From: Desulfuromonadales bacterium
GTDB taxonomy: Bacteria > Desulfobacterota > Desulfuromonadia > Desulfuromonadales > SZUA-540
Direction: 5' to 3'
Length of the DNA: 64,000 nucleotides
Assembly: GCA_033549025.1 (NCBI GenBank)
Contig: JAWSUS010000013.1
Span: 1 to 64,000 of the forward strand
Part shown: piece by piece, positions 36,538 to 46,326 of the stretch
How the letters are laid out: every line of letters starts with the position of its first letter
Position numbering within the stretch: the first letter of the stretch is position 1
Made by a program: the position numbers and the translations under genes
The notes under the pieces: model-generated
What the model was told of the DNA's origin: nothing
Seen by the model: the letters and a program-made list of their open reading frames with translations, nothing else
Database searches by the model: none

Positions 36538-38667
36538 CTATTTACGGTTTTCTTGCTGTTTTTCCTGTTCCACCGCCTTGAGCAGAGAGGCGATATCGAG
36601 GATGAGGGCCACGGAGCCGTCGCCAAGGATGGTGGCGCCGGAAACGCCCTCGATCCCGCGATAGAAGCGACCCAGGGACTTGATGACTGTCTGGTGCTCG
36701 CCGATGACGTGATCGACCACGAAGCCGATCTGCTGCTGGTTGACGCGGGTGATAACGATCTGCTCGACGGCCGGCCGCTCCCCGGTCATGGCGAACTGAC
36801 GGCGCAGATCGATGTAGGGAACAAGCTGGCCGCGGACGTTGACCAGGCTGCGACCACTGGCCTGGCCGCGTGCCTCGGCGGTCAGCTCGATGCACTCTTC
36901 GATGGCGTCGAGGGGGAGGACAAAATGGCTGTCACCAAGGCGCACCAGCAGGCTCTCGATAATGGCCAGGGTCAGGGGAAGGCGGATGCTGATGAGGGTT
37001 CCCTTCCCCGGCTGACTGTCGATCTCCAGAGTGCCGCGCAGGGCCTCGATGGCCCGCTTGACCACATCCATGCCGACACCGCGGCCGGAGACGCTGGTCA
37101 CCGAAGCGGCTGTGGAAAAACCGGGGGCGAAGATGAGCTGGTAGAGATCGCGGTCGGCCAGCACGTCGGCCTCGCTGATAAGATCCCGGTCGATGGCTTT
37201 CTGGCGGATGGCCTCGCGGTTGAGACCGCCGCCGTCGTCCTGAATGCGGATGATGACGCTGTCGCCCGAATGCTCGGCGGACAGGTGGATGGTGCCCAGG
37301 CGAGGTTTGCCCGCCGCCTGACGTTTTTCCGGCGATTCGATGCCGTGGTCGATGCTGTTACGGATAAGATGCACCAGGGGATCACCCAGTTTTTCGATAA
37401 CGGTCTTGTCCAGCTCCGTATCGCCGCCGCTGGTCTGCAGGTCGATCTCTTTGCCCAGTTCGCGGGAGAGGTCGCGCACCAGGCGTTTGAACTTGCTGAA
37501 GGTGGTGCCGATGGGGAGCATGCGGATATTCAGGGTGTTGTCGCGCAACTCCGCCGTGAGGCGTTCGACCTCTTCGGCGATGGCCAGCAGGTCGGCGTCG
37601 TTGCGCTGGGCCGCCACCTGGCTCAGGCGCGACTGCACCGTGACCAGCTCGCCGACCAGGTCGACCAGGGCATCGAGCTTCTCCGCCGGCACCCGCAGAC
37701 TGCTCTGGGCCTCTTCCTGCTTGCGTTTTTCCTGCAGCTGGCGAACCTGGTTCTGCTCGGCCAGGGCCGCCGTAACCTGGCTGGGGGCAACCAGGCGCGA
37801 TTCGATGAGTTTTTCGCCGAGCTTTTTCTGCTGGCCGAGCAATTCCTGCAATTTTTCCTGACTGATATCGCCCCGCTCGACCAGAATCTCGCCCAGCTTT
37901 TTGGTGTGGCCTTCGGCCAGATCAAGCCCGTCATCGATGCGTTCGATGCGGATTTCCGCCTCATCCTCGACAAAGATGAAGACGTCGCGGATGGCATCGA
38001 GGCCGGCCTCGGTGGTCAGCACCACATCCCAGAGGACGTGGCACTCTTCCGGGTCGAGATCATCGAGATAAGGGATGTTCTGCGGCTGGGCCACAATTTC
38101 ACAGGAACCGAGATCACGCAGTTCGTTGAGCAAAAGGACCGGGTTGGTGCCGCCCCGCAACAGTTGAGGGAAAGGTTTGAAGCGCACCCGGTACACGGCA
38201 ACCTCGGCCTCCGTCTTTTTGCCGCCCCTTTTCTCTTCTCCTTTTGGATTGTCGGCCGCCGCCGGCTGCGGCTGCAGGGCACGAAAGGCTTTGACCAGGG
38301 CGGTGCCTTCCTGGGAGTCGTCGGGACGAGCGGGATCGGCCGCGTCGAGCAGGCGCTTGATCTGGTCCCGAGCCGCCAGGGAGAGGTCTACCAGCTGGCG
38401 ACTGACGGACAGTTGGCCGTTGCGCACCAGGTCAAAGACCGTTTCGACCTCGTGGGTAAAGGCGGCGATGGCCTCGAAGCCGAACATGGCCCCCGACCCC
38501 TTGATGGTATGCATGGCCCGGAAAACCCGCCCGACCACGTCCATATCTTCGGGCCGCTCTTCGAGCTCGAGCAGGGATTCTTCCAGTTCGGCCAACAACT
38601 CGTTGGCTTCTTCCCGAAAGGCGGCCCGCTGCCTTTCCATCATGGCGGCGATGTCACTCGTGCTCAT
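36538..38667 (-). CDS. cheA: Chemotaxis histidine kinase
   Basis: FRAMHTIKG Hpt, HLIRNSIDHG, SGRGVGMDVV, C-terminal CheW domain; start at 38667 after GGAGG. Confidence 0.96.
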   Translation of the reverse strand: MSTSDIAAMMERQRAAFREEANELLAELEESLLELEERPEDMDVVGRVFRAMHTIKGSGAMFGFEAIAAFTHEVETVFDLVRNGQLSVSRQLVDLSLAARDQIKRLLDAADPARPDDSQEGTALVKAFRALQPQPAAADNPKGEEKRGGKKTEAEVAVYRVRFKPFPQLLRGGTNPVLLLNELRDLGSCEIVAQPQNIPYLDDLDPEECHVLWDVVLTTEAGLDAIRDVFIFVEDEAEIRIERIDDGLDLAEGHTKKLGEILVERGDISQEKLQELLGQQKKLGEKLIESRLVAPSQVTAALAEQNQVRQLQEKRKQEEAQSSLRVPAEKLDALVDLVGELVTVQSRLSQVAAQRNDADLLAIAEEVERLTAELRDNTLNIRMLPIGTTFSKFKRLVRDLSRELGKEIDLQTSGGDTELDKTVIEKLGDPLVHLIRNSIDHGIESPEKRQAAGKPRLGTIHLSAEHSGDSVIIRIQDDGGGLNREAIRQKAIDRDLISEADVLADRDLYQLIFAPGFSTAASVTSVSGRGVGMDVVKRAIEALRGTLEIDSQPGKGTLISIRLPLTLAIIESLLVRLGDSHFVLPLDAIEECIELTAEARGQASGRSLVNVRGQLVPYIDLRRQFAMTGERPAVEQIVITRVNQQQIGFVVDHVIGEHQTVIKSLGRFYRGIEGVSGATILGDGSVALILDIASLLKAVEQEKQQENRK

Positions 38668-39019
38668 GGCCATCCTCCACCCAGAGGCAATTGTCAGGGG
38701 CGTCGCTCTGCGGGCAGCTGCAGTGGCGGTCAAAACCGGCCTCGGTCTTAAGAGCCTCCAGTGATGCGGGCAGGCTGGCCAGGGTCAGGGATTTTCCCGC
38801 CCGCACGGCGCTGCGATGGGCGGCGCAGAGAAGCTGCAGCCAGGGAAAGTCCACCTTTTGCGCCTGGGAGCAGTCGACCACCACCTGGTCGCTTTGGCTC
38901 AAGGCCCGCTGCAGCAGCGTTTTCAGCTCGGCGACTTCCTGGATGGTCAGCGCCCCCTTGAGACGAACCAGGCTGGCGCCCTCATTTTCTTCAATAATTT
39001 GGTGTGTCTGTTGTTCCAT
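38654..39019 (-). CDS. STAS-domain protein of the chemosensory cluster
   Basis: LKGALTI, VDCSQ..VD...QLL; lies between cheY and cheA. Confidence 0.85.
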   Translation of the reverse strand: MEQQTHQIIEENEGASLVRLKGALTIQEVAELKTLLQRALSQSDQVVVDCSQAQKVDFPWLQLLCAAHRSAVRAGKSLTLASLPASLEALKTEAGFDRHCSCPQSDAPDNCLWVEDGHEHE

Positions 39020-39048
39020 GAGTTCCCCTTGTCGGAGCGGCAGGTAAA

Positions 39049-39411
39049 TTATCCGATGAGCTTCTTGACCACTCCGAGCAGCTTGGCCGGATCGAAAGGT
39101 TTGACGAGCCAGCCGGTAGCGCCGGCGGCCTTGCCCTTGGCCTTAAAGTCATCGCCGGCCTCGGTGGTGAGCATGAGCATGGGGGTGAAACGGTAGGCCG
39201 GCAGGCCCCTGAGGTTCTGGATGAGGGTAATGCCGTCCATGTTCGGCATGTTCAGGTCGGTGATGACCAGATCGAAGCTCTGCCCCTGGGCCTGGTTCAG
39301 GGCGGCCTGCCCGTCGGCGGCCTCCACCACCTCGTAACCGGCCCCCTTCAGGGTGAAGCTGACCATTTGCAGAATGGAACGGGAATCGTCTGCTGCCAGA
39401 ATTTTTTTCAT
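39049..39411 (-). CDS. cheY: Chemotaxis response regulator
   Basis: ADDS, TDLNMPNMDG, LTTE, KPF. Confidence 0.93.
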   Translation of the reverse strand: MKKILAADDSRSILQMVSFTLKGAGYEVVEAADGQAALNQAQGQSFDLVITDLNMPNMDGITLIQNLRGLPAYRFTPMLMLTTEAGDDFKAKGKAAGATGWLVKPFDPAKLLGVVKKLIG

Positions 39412-39462
39412 GTGCCCTCCGTATGTTCGTAAAGTGTGCAAGCCGCGCAAGGGGCGGCATTG

Positions 39463-40656
39463 TTAAAAGAGTTCGATGGACCCTTCATCCAGGGTCTTCT
39501 GCGACACGGGGTTGTGCTGGGCCTGCTCCACCAGAACGGCCGCCTGCCCAAGGACTTCCCGGAGGGCCTGTAGACGGGCGCTGCCATCGACGGCACCCTC
39601 CCCTTCCGGTTCATCCGCCGATTGCCCCAGAGGCAGGGAGGAGAGGTCGTTCAGCACCGCTTCCAGCACCTCGATGCGCCCGTTGACATGGCCGAGCACC
39701 TGATGGGCCATATCCTGAAATTGCAGGGAAGTGACCAGGGAGCGCACCTCGAGGCCAACGCTCTCGGCGATGGCGGAAATCCTGGCGGCGGACTGTTCCA
39801 CCTGGCTGTCGAATTCGCGACTCTTCTGCAAAAGGCCGGAGACGCGGCCACGGGCATCGCTGACCATATGGGCGTCCTGGGCGGCCATCTGCTCCATGGC
39901 GGCACCCACCGCGGCCAGACCATCGGAAATCCCGCTGACCGCGTCACCAATCTGGTCGCTGAAACGGTTGGAACGGGCCGACAGATTGCGCACCTCTTCG
40001 GCGACAACGGCAAAGCCCTTGCCCGCCTCGCCGGCCCGGGCCGCCTCGATGGCGGCGTTGAGCGCCAGCATGTTGGTCTGCCGGGCGATGGTACGGATTT
40101 CTCCCAACTGGCTGAGCACCGTGCCAAAGCGGGCATTGGTCTGCTGCATCTCGCGAATGAGGCGTTCGGCCACCTGCCCGTTCTTTTCCGCCGCTTCGAC
40201 GAAGCCATGGAGCATGGTTTCGATCTCGGAGAGGAACGCGGCCAGGGACTGTTTGCCTTCCGGCGTCTCCCCGCTTTCCGCCGCCTTGCCGGTCAGCTGC
40301 AACGACAGCTGCTGCTGTTGCCGCGTCTGCTGCTCAAGCCCGGTAAAACCCTGCACCAGACGGTTGATGGCATCGTCGAGAATGCCCTGCACCTGGGTGT
40401 TTTCCGAACGCATGCTGGCGAACTGGCTGTTGAACTTTTCCTGCAGGTCGGTAAAGAGGGTTTGTGTCACCTGCTCCAGTTCCATCACCCCCTCGGTAAC
40501 GGACAAGTTAGCGACGGGATCTTCCCCACCCGGCTCTGGCTTGACGGAACGCAGCCGGCCGGCCACCGTCTCCGCTGCTTTTTGGGCGCCTCTCTGCAGG
40601 GACGGCAGAACCCGGCGGACAACCTTCTGACTGAATTGGGACATCTGTAAGAGCAT
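39463..40656 (-). CDS. Soluble MCP-like protein with a CheZ-like C-terminus
   Basis: No TM helix; [29 protein letters not shown]; ends GSIELF. Confidence 0.85.
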   Translation of the reverse strand: MLLQMSQFSQKVVRRVLPSLQRGAQKAAETVAGRLRSVKPEPGGEDPVANLSVTEGVMELEQVTQTLFTDLQEKFNSQFASMRSENTQVQGILDDAINRLVQGFTGLEQQTRQQQQLSLQLTGKAAESGETPEGKQSLAAFLSEIETMLHGFVEAAEKNGQVAERLIREMQQTNARFGTVLSQLGEIRTIARQTNMLALNAAIEAARAGEAGKGFAVVAEEVRNLSARSNRFSDQIGDAVSGISDGLAAVGAAMEQMAAQDAHMVSDARGRVSGLLQKSREFDSQVEQSAARISAIAESVGLEVRSLVTSLQFQDMAHQVLGHVNGRIEVLEAVLNDLSSLPLGQSADEPEGEGAVDGSARLQALREVLGQAAVLVEQAQHNPVSQKTLDEGSIELF

Positions 40657-40688
40657 GAAATTTCCTTTTTTTGATGTATCCAAAAGCC

Positions 40689-41078
40689 TTATTCCCGTGG
40701 CGAGGTCTTCGCCCCCAGAAGCGAGGCGACCAGGCTCTGGGCCGGAGCCAAGGAGAGTTCCTTTTCCACCAGGGATTTCCCCTGCAAGAAAAGATGCCGC
40801 GCCAGCTCACCCTGCACATCGAGCACCAGCAAAGGCCTGTCCCCTTCCTGGCGGCACAGCCCTTTGAGAAAAGCCGATTTACGCACTTCGCTCCAGCGGC
40901 CTGCCACCAGGACGAGAGCCGCCTGCGGCTGACGGTCACCGTAGACCGACAGCCAGTTGATCGCTTCTTCCAGCCCCTGGACGTAGGCCACCTGATAGCC
41001 GGCCAGTTCCAGCAGAAACCCGGTGGACGTCGATCGTTTACAACCCTGTTCGCAATACAAAATCATCTGGCGGTTCAT
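40689..41078 (-). CDS. Degenerate receiver-like hypothetical protein
   Basis: REC-like pattern (LLELAGYQV...EEAINWL) lacking the acidic pocket; AGAGGAG RBS; first gene after the sigma-54 promoter. Confidence 0.6.
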   Translation of the reverse strand: MNRQMILYCEQGCKRSTSTGFLLELAGYQVAYVQGLEEAINWLSVYGDRQPQAALVLVAGRWSEVRKSAFLKGLCRQEGDRPLLVLDVQGELARHLFLQGKSLVEKELSLAPAQSLVASLLGAKTSPRE

Positions 41079-41132
41079 ATCTCCTCTACTTTCGCAGCAC
41101 CGCTTAACGCCGGTGTTCTGGGCATTTCCTTG

Positions 41133-41148
41133 AGCAAGGGCGATGCCA
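41133..41148 (-). promoter_or_regulatory. Sigma-54 promoter of the chemosensory operon
   Basis: TGGCATCGCCCTTGCT (GG-N10-GC). Confidence 0.82.
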
Positions 41149-41206
41149 AGCGGCACACATAACTCAAACTGCCGATTTTATTATTGTTTCTCACCCGGCA
41201 AAAAAC

Positions 41207-41319
41207 AAAAAGGCTGCAACCAGAGTTGCAGCCTTTTTCGGATAAAACCAATATTTGGTTTTATTTTTGCTATGTTAGGTGGCCATGCCACCAAAGTTGA
41301 CAGTGCAACCCTGGTTGCA
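41207..41319. promoter_or_regulatory. Repeated TGCAAC-N4-GTTGCA palindromes (candidate activator sites); the first also forms a terminator-like hairpin
   Basis: TGCAAC-CAGA-GTTGCA 41215-41230 (within AAAAAGGC...GCCTTTTT), TGCCAC-CAAA-GTTGAC 41286-41301, TGCAAC-CCTG-GTTGCA 41304-41319. Confidence 0.7.
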
Positions 41320-41327
41320 CCCTTTTC

Positions 41328-42746
41328 TCAAGACGAGGTGGTGTTTTTCTTCAGCCTTTTACTCAAAGCCTGCCGGGATATGCCCAGCATGCCGGCGGCG
41401 ATGCCCTGATTCCCCTGGGCCCGGCGCATGGCTTCGTCAACCAGCTGTGACACCGCTTCTTCGATGCTGGGGAGTTTGGCGGGGAAAGAGCAGGTCGTCG
41501 CGGCCGCCGTCTCTTCCGCGTCAGGCATTTCGGCCCTCCCGTTCGACTCACCCATAGCCTTTTTGAAGGCCGCCATGGAGAGCTTGCCCGATTCGTGCAG
41601 ACTCAGGGCATCGTAGACCATGGCCCGCAGCTCGCGGACATTTCCAGGAAAATGATAGCTGCCGAGCAAGGTCAGGAGTTCGGGCGGGGGCGTGGGGTGT
41701 TTTTTGCCCAGCTCCTCGGCGGCTTCGGTCAGAAAGCATTCGAGCAGCAGGGGCAGATCGTCGCGGCGCTGGCGCAGCGCCGGGACCTGGGCATGGTGGC
41801 CGCGCAGGCGGTAGTACAGGTCCTTGCGGAAACGCCCCTGCTTCTGCAGCAGCTCCAGGTCCTGGTTGGTGGCCACCACGATACGCGCCCGGCAGCGCTT
41901 GGGCTTGTCGCTGCCCAGGGGGAGATATTCGCCTTCCTGCAGCAACCGCAGGAGCTTGACCTGCGACAGGGGGCTGAGATCGCCGATTTCATCGAGAAAG
42001 AGCGTGCCCCCCGCAGCCTGCTCGATCATCCCGGGGCGCGGCTGGTCGGCACCGGTGAAGGCACCGCGCACATGGCCGAAAAGGGTATCGGAGAAGACAT
42101 TGTCATCGAGCCCCGCCACATTGACGGGGACCCAGGGCTCTTCCTGACGGCTGAGCAGGTGGACGGCCCTGGCCAGCAATTCCTTACCGGCACCGCTCTC
42201 GCCCGTAATGAGCACCGGCTGCCCGCTCGGCGCCACCGCTTCGAGATAGCGGAACAGGGCCAGCATACGGGGGTTTTGGGTGTGAATGCGGCTGAAAGCC
42301 TCGGGGTTGCGAAGCTCTTCGTTGAGCACCTGCTGCTGCAGAGCGCGGTTTTCGCCCTGCAGTTCGAGAAAGCGCAGGGCGCGATGAATTCCGGCCAGCA
42401 GGGGGCCTTCTTCCGAGGTCTTCACCAGAAAATCGAAGGCGCCGAGCTGCATGCACTGCACGGCCGTTTCAACCTGGTTCAGGGCCGTGTTGACGATAAC
42501 GGGAATCTCGGGATACTGCTCGACGAGCAGGGGGAGCAGTTCATCGCCCGGCAGATGGGGCATGGTCAGATCGAGCAGGATCAGGCTCACCGGGCGTTCG
42601 GCCAGGATACCCAGCACCTGGCGGCTGTCCTGGCATTCGATGATGTCGGCGAAACCGCCGCTGCGCTGCAGGGTGCGGCTCAGCGCCCGCAGCCACAGGG
42701 GTTCATCATCGACCAGCAGCAAGGACTTGTTGTGACGTATGGGCAT
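41328..42746 (-). CDS. Sigma-54-dependent response regulator (NtrC family)
   Basis: REC domain, GESGAGKE, GAFTGA, Fis-type HTH. Confidence 0.95.
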   Translation of the reverse strand: MPIRHNKSLLLVDDEPLWLRALSRTLQRSGGFADIIECQDSRQVLGILAERPVSLILLDLTMPHLPGDELLPLLVEQYPEIPVIVNTALNQVETAVQCMQLGAFDFLVKTSEEGPLLAGIHRALRFLELQGENRALQQQVLNEELRNPEAFSRIHTQNPRMLALFRYLEAVAPSGQPVLITGESGAGKELLARAVHLLSRQEEPWVPVNVAGLDDNVFSDTLFGHVRGAFTGADQPRPGMIEQAAGGTLFLDEIGDLSPLSQVKLLRLLQEGEYLPLGSDKPKRCRARIVVATNQDLELLQKQGRFRKDLYYRLRGHHAQVPALRQRRDDLPLLLECFLTEAAEELGKKHPTPPPELLTLLGSYHFPGNVRELRAMVYDALSLHESGKLSMAAFKKAMGESNGRAEMPDAEETAAATTCSFPAKLPSIEEAVSQLVDEAMRRAQGNQGIAAGMLGISRQALSKRLKKNTTSS

Positions 42747-42751
42747 ATCCT

Positions 42752-44758
42752 CTACTCCTCTGCGGCGACGGGCAGGCGCAGGATCACCCGCGTTCCCAGT
42801 CCCGGGGTCGATTCGAAAGACAGGGTGCCGCCGTGTTCCCGGACAATACGCGACGATACGGACAGACCCAGCCCCGTGCCGCCTTCTTCGCGACGGGTGG
42901 TAAAGAAAGATTCGGTGAGGCGGGGCAGGTTCTCGGGGGCGATGCCCACTCCCTGATCGGCCACTTCGAGGACCGCTTCGGACGCCGGGACGTCGAAGGA
43001 GGTTCGGATGGTGATGGAACGGCTGCGGTCGGGCAGGGCCTGGCAGGCGTTGACCACCAGGTTGATGATGACCTGCTCGATGCGCTGCATGTTGCCAAGC
43101 AGCGGCGGCATGTCTGCCGCATAGTGCGTCACCAGATGATCGGTGGCCTTGTGGATGGGGTTGGCGACCAGGCGCAGAGCGGCCTGCACCGCCTCGTTGA
43201 GGAAAAAGCTCTCGTGGCGGTCCGTATGTTCGCGCCGTACGAAATCCTTAAGATCCTCGACAATGCGTTTGATGCGGCGGGCGCCCCCCTGGACTTCATC
43301 CAGCACTTGGGGGATCTCCTCGCGCATACGCTGGTAGGGGAAGCCGGCGAATTCACCCTCGGGATCGTCACCAAAATGGGCATCGAGAATGGGCAGGGAT
43401 TCGCTGAAGACATCCTGCAGCAGGGGCAGGTTGAGCAGAATGAGAGCGTTGGGGTTGTTGATCTCATGAGCCACCCCCGCCGTCAATTCCCCCAGAGCCG
43501 CCAGACGACTGGATCGGTTCGCCTCTTCGCGCAGCTTGAGCTTTTCGGTGATGTCGCTGGCCAGCTCGATAACCTGGCGCACCGTACCCTTTTCATCCTT
43601 CAGGGGAAAGGTCTTGACCCCCCAGATACGGCCGTCGGGGGTCGAGATGACCTCTTCTCCCGTCTGTCCCGTATCAAAGGTAATTTGGGCCGGGCAGTTG
43701 CCGCAAGGTGTATCGGCCCGGTGGCAAAGGGAATGACAGGTTCTGCCCACCATCTCTTGCGGTGTGATGCCCAAATAATCGGCCGAACTCTTGTTGGCCC
43801 AGACGATCTTAAGAGCGGGATCCAGCAGGTGCAGGATATCGGGTATGCCGTCGAGCAGGGTTTTCAACTGTTCCGACAGCTCCCGGTTCTGCTGTTCGCT
43901 CGCCCGTAGCGCCAATTCACGGTCGGCGATAGTCGTGGCCATGTCTTTGAAGGCCGTCGTTACCTCGCCAATTTCGTCATCGGGCCCCGCAGGCAGGGAT
44001 AAGCGATAATTCCCTGCCGCCACGGCCAGGGCGGCCTGACGCAGGGGCCGCAAGCGATTGAGAATGAAGACGCTGAGCATGGCGATAAGCGCAATGAAAA
44101 GGATGAGGTAACCGGTGAGATGGTCGACCAGATTCATCCAGAACAGCCGGTTGCTCATGGTGGTGACTTCCACCCCCGGCATCTTGATGCTGAAAATGCC
44201 GACGAGCTCGCCCACCTTGTAGTCATAGCCCGCATCGTAGCGGGCACGGATACTGGCGGGAGCCGTGGCATTCTGGCCATGGCAGGTAAGGCAATAGGCC
44301 TCGGCCCGGATGGGGGTGGCGTACTGATAGATCGACTGACCGGATTCATTCGGATAGACGTGCAGACGTTCTTTTTCTGCCGGGTTTTCGCGGAAATAGG
44401 CGATGGCCTGGCTCTCGACCTCGTCCGCCCGGTTATCGGCATTGCGGGGATGTTCCGAGACATTATTGAAACTGATCCCGCCGGTGTTGCGGGTGGAGAA
44501 ATCCTGCGAGATGCGCAGCAGGGCGTGGGCGGGGAGAAAACCGAGGGTCTGATCGGTGAGGGGGATGCCGCTGTCTATGAACTGGTGATGGTAGACCTGG
44601 CGCGTGGCCATGACCATGCTGTGCAGGGCCCGGGCTTCTTTGAGCTTGAGTTCGCGCACCTCCCACTGCACCCCCTGGTAGCGCAGAATTTCCACCAGAA
44701 ACAGGGAGATGGCGAAGATGAAAATCATGGCCAAGGTCAGGCGGGTGCGCAATCGCAT
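42752..44758 (-). CDS. Sensor histidine kinase: heme-c (DUF3365-like) sensor, HAMP, Cys-rich PAS, kinase core
   Basis: PRNADNRADE..E and CLTCH in the periplasmic part; HEINNP; GTGLGL; alternative TTG start at 44776. Confidence 0.93.
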   Translation of the reverse strand: MRLRTRLTLAMIFIFAISLFLVEILRYQGVQWEVRELKLKEARALHSMVMATRQVYHHQFIDSGIPLTDQTLGFLPAHALLRISQDFSTRNTGGISFNNVSEHPRNADNRADEVESQAIAYFRENPAEKERLHVYPNESGQSIYQYATPIRAEAYCLTCHGQNATAPASIRARYDAGYDYKVGELVGIFSIKMPGVEVTTMSNRLFWMNLVDHLTGYLILFIALIAMLSVFILNRLRPLRQAALAVAAGNYRLSLPAGPDDEIGEVTTAFKDMATTIADRELALRASEQQNRELSEQLKTLLDGIPDILHLLDPALKIVWANKSSADYLGITPQEMVGRTCHSLCHRADTPCGNCPAQITFDTGQTGEEVISTPDGRIWGVKTFPLKDEKGTVRQVIELASDITEKLKLREEANRSSRLAALGELTAGVAHEINNPNALILLNLPLLQDVFSESLPILDAHFGDDPEGEFAGFPYQRMREEIPQVLDEVQGGARRIKRIVEDLKDFVRREHTDRHESFFLNEAVQAALRLVANPIHKATDHLVTHYAADMPPLLGNMQRIEQVIINLVVNACQALPDRSRSITIRTSFDVPASEAVLEVADQGVGIAPENLPRLTESFFTTRREEGGTGLGLSVSSRIVREHGGTLSFESTPGLGTRVILRLPVAAEE

Positions 44759-44837
44759 GGGGGCTCCGGGTGTCAAGAAATTGGCTTGTTAACAGTCCGG
44801 AGGGGAGAATTGCAAACGGCGTGCCGCCTGCACGGCG

Positions 44838-45545
44838 CTAGAGACCCAGGTAGGCTTTTTTCACTTCATCGTTATTGAGCAGGTTTTCAGCGGAGTCGAC
44901 CAGGGTGATGCGGCCGTTTTCCATGACATAGCCGCGGTCAGCCAGCTTGAGGGCCTGGTTGGCGTTTTGCTCCACCAGCAGCACGGTGGTGCCGTATTCC
45001 TTGTTGACTTTGCGGATGATTTCGAAGATCTGCTGAATGATCAGGGGCGCCAGCCCCAGCGAGGGTTCGTCGAGGAGCAGCAGACTGAGGCGAGCCATAA
45101 GAGCACGGGAGATAGCCAGCATCTGTTGTTCGCCGCCGGAGAGGGTGCCACCGAGCTGATGGCGGCGCTGGGCGAGGATGGGGAAGAGTTCGAGGATGAT
45201 CTGCAGATCCTGCTGAGCCTTCTCCTTGTCCTTGCGTAGAAAGGCCCCCATCTCCAGATTCTCCATGACCGTCATGTTGGGGAAGATACGGCGTCCTTCC
45301 GGCACCTGGCAGATACCGAGCTGGACGATTTTTTCGGGGCTCATACCGTTAATGGGCGCCCCCTTGAAGTAGATTTCGCCCCGGCGCGGCGGCACGATGC
45401 CGCAGATGGACATGAGAGTGGTGGTCTTGCCGGCGCCGTTGGCGCCGATGAGGGCGACGATCTCCCCTTCGGCGATGTCGATGGAAACATCGTGCAGGGC
45501 CTGAATATTGCCGTAGTAGGTCTGGACGTTGCGCAGGCTAAGCAT
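44838..45545 (-). CDS. livF: Branched-chain amino acid ABC transporter ATPase
   Basis: GANGAGKTT, VPEGRRIF, LSGGEQQM. Confidence 0.93.
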   Translation of the reverse strand: MLSLRNVQTYYGNIQALHDVSIDIAEGEIVALIGANGAGKTTTLMSICGIVPPRRGEIYFKGAPINGMSPEKIVQLGICQVPEGRRIFPNMTVMENLEMGAFLRKDKEKAQQDLQIILELFPILAQRRHQLGGTLSGGEQQMLAISRALMARLSLLLLDEPSLGLAPLIIQQIFEIIRKVNKEYGTTVLLVEQNANQALKLADRGYVMENGRITLVDSAENLLNNDEVKKAYLGL

Positions 45546-46326
45546 GGGCTTCCTCTCCAAGGTACGCCTCGATGACGCGGGGGTTGTGCCGAATTTCCTG
45601 GGGGGCGCCTTCGGCGATTTTCTTGCCGTATTCCATGACGGTGATGCGGTCGGAGATATTCATGACGAGCTTCATGTCGTGCTCGATGAGCAGGATGGCC
45701 ATGCCGTCCTCGTCGCGGATGCGCACGATGAGTTCGTCGAGGGCCCGGGTTTCCTGGGGATTCATCCCCGCCGCCGGTTCGTCGAGCAGCAGCAGAAAAG
45801 GATCGGTGGCCATGGCGCGGGCGATTTCCAGGCGGCGCATGGCGCCATAGGGGAGATTGCGGGCGAATTCGTTGGCGAAGGGGGCCAGGCCGACCTTCTG
45901 CAGCAGGCGGTAGCTCTTCTCGATGGTGTCGACCTCTTCCTGCCGCGCTTTTTTGCCGCGCAGAATGGCGCCGAGGATGCTGGTGCTGGTACGGCAGTGG
46001 CAGCCGATCATGACGTTTTCAAGCACGGTCATGGCCGGAAAGAGGCGGATGTTCTGAAAGGTGCGGGCCATGCCGAGAGTGGTTATCCGGTTGGGCTTCA
46101 GACCGTTGATGCGGCGGCTTGGCCCCTTGGGCGGATGGATGAGAACATCCCCGCGGCTCGGTTTGTAGATGCCGGTGACACAGTTGAAAAAGGTCGTCTT
46201 GCCGGCGCCGTTGGGACCGATCAGGGCGACGATCTCTCCCGGGCACACCTGCAGATCGACCCCGTCAATGGCCCGCAGGCCGCCGAAATCCATGGTCAGA
46301 TGGCTGACTTCAAGCAGTTTATCCAT
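45538..46326 (-). CDS. livG: Branched-chain amino acid ABC transporter ATPase
   Basis: FGGLRA, GPNGAGKTT, RTFQNIRLF, LDEPAAG. Confidence 0.93.
   Translation of the reverse strand: MDKLLEVSHLTMDFGGLRAIDGVDLQVCPGEIVALIGPNGAGKTTFFNCVTGIYKPSRGDVLIHPPKGPSRRINGLKPNRITTLGMARTFQNIRLFPAMTVLENVMIGCHCRTSTSILGAILRGKKARQEEVDTIEKSYRLLQKVGLAPFANEFARNLPYGAMRRLEIARAMATDPFLLLLDEPAAGMNPQETRALDELIVRIRDEDGMAILLIEHDMKLVMNISDRITVMEYGKKIAEGAPQEIRHNPRVIEAYLGEEAHA

Noticed and set aside
35986..38751. 921-aa plus-strand ORF
   Set aside because: Antisense shadow of cheA/cheW.
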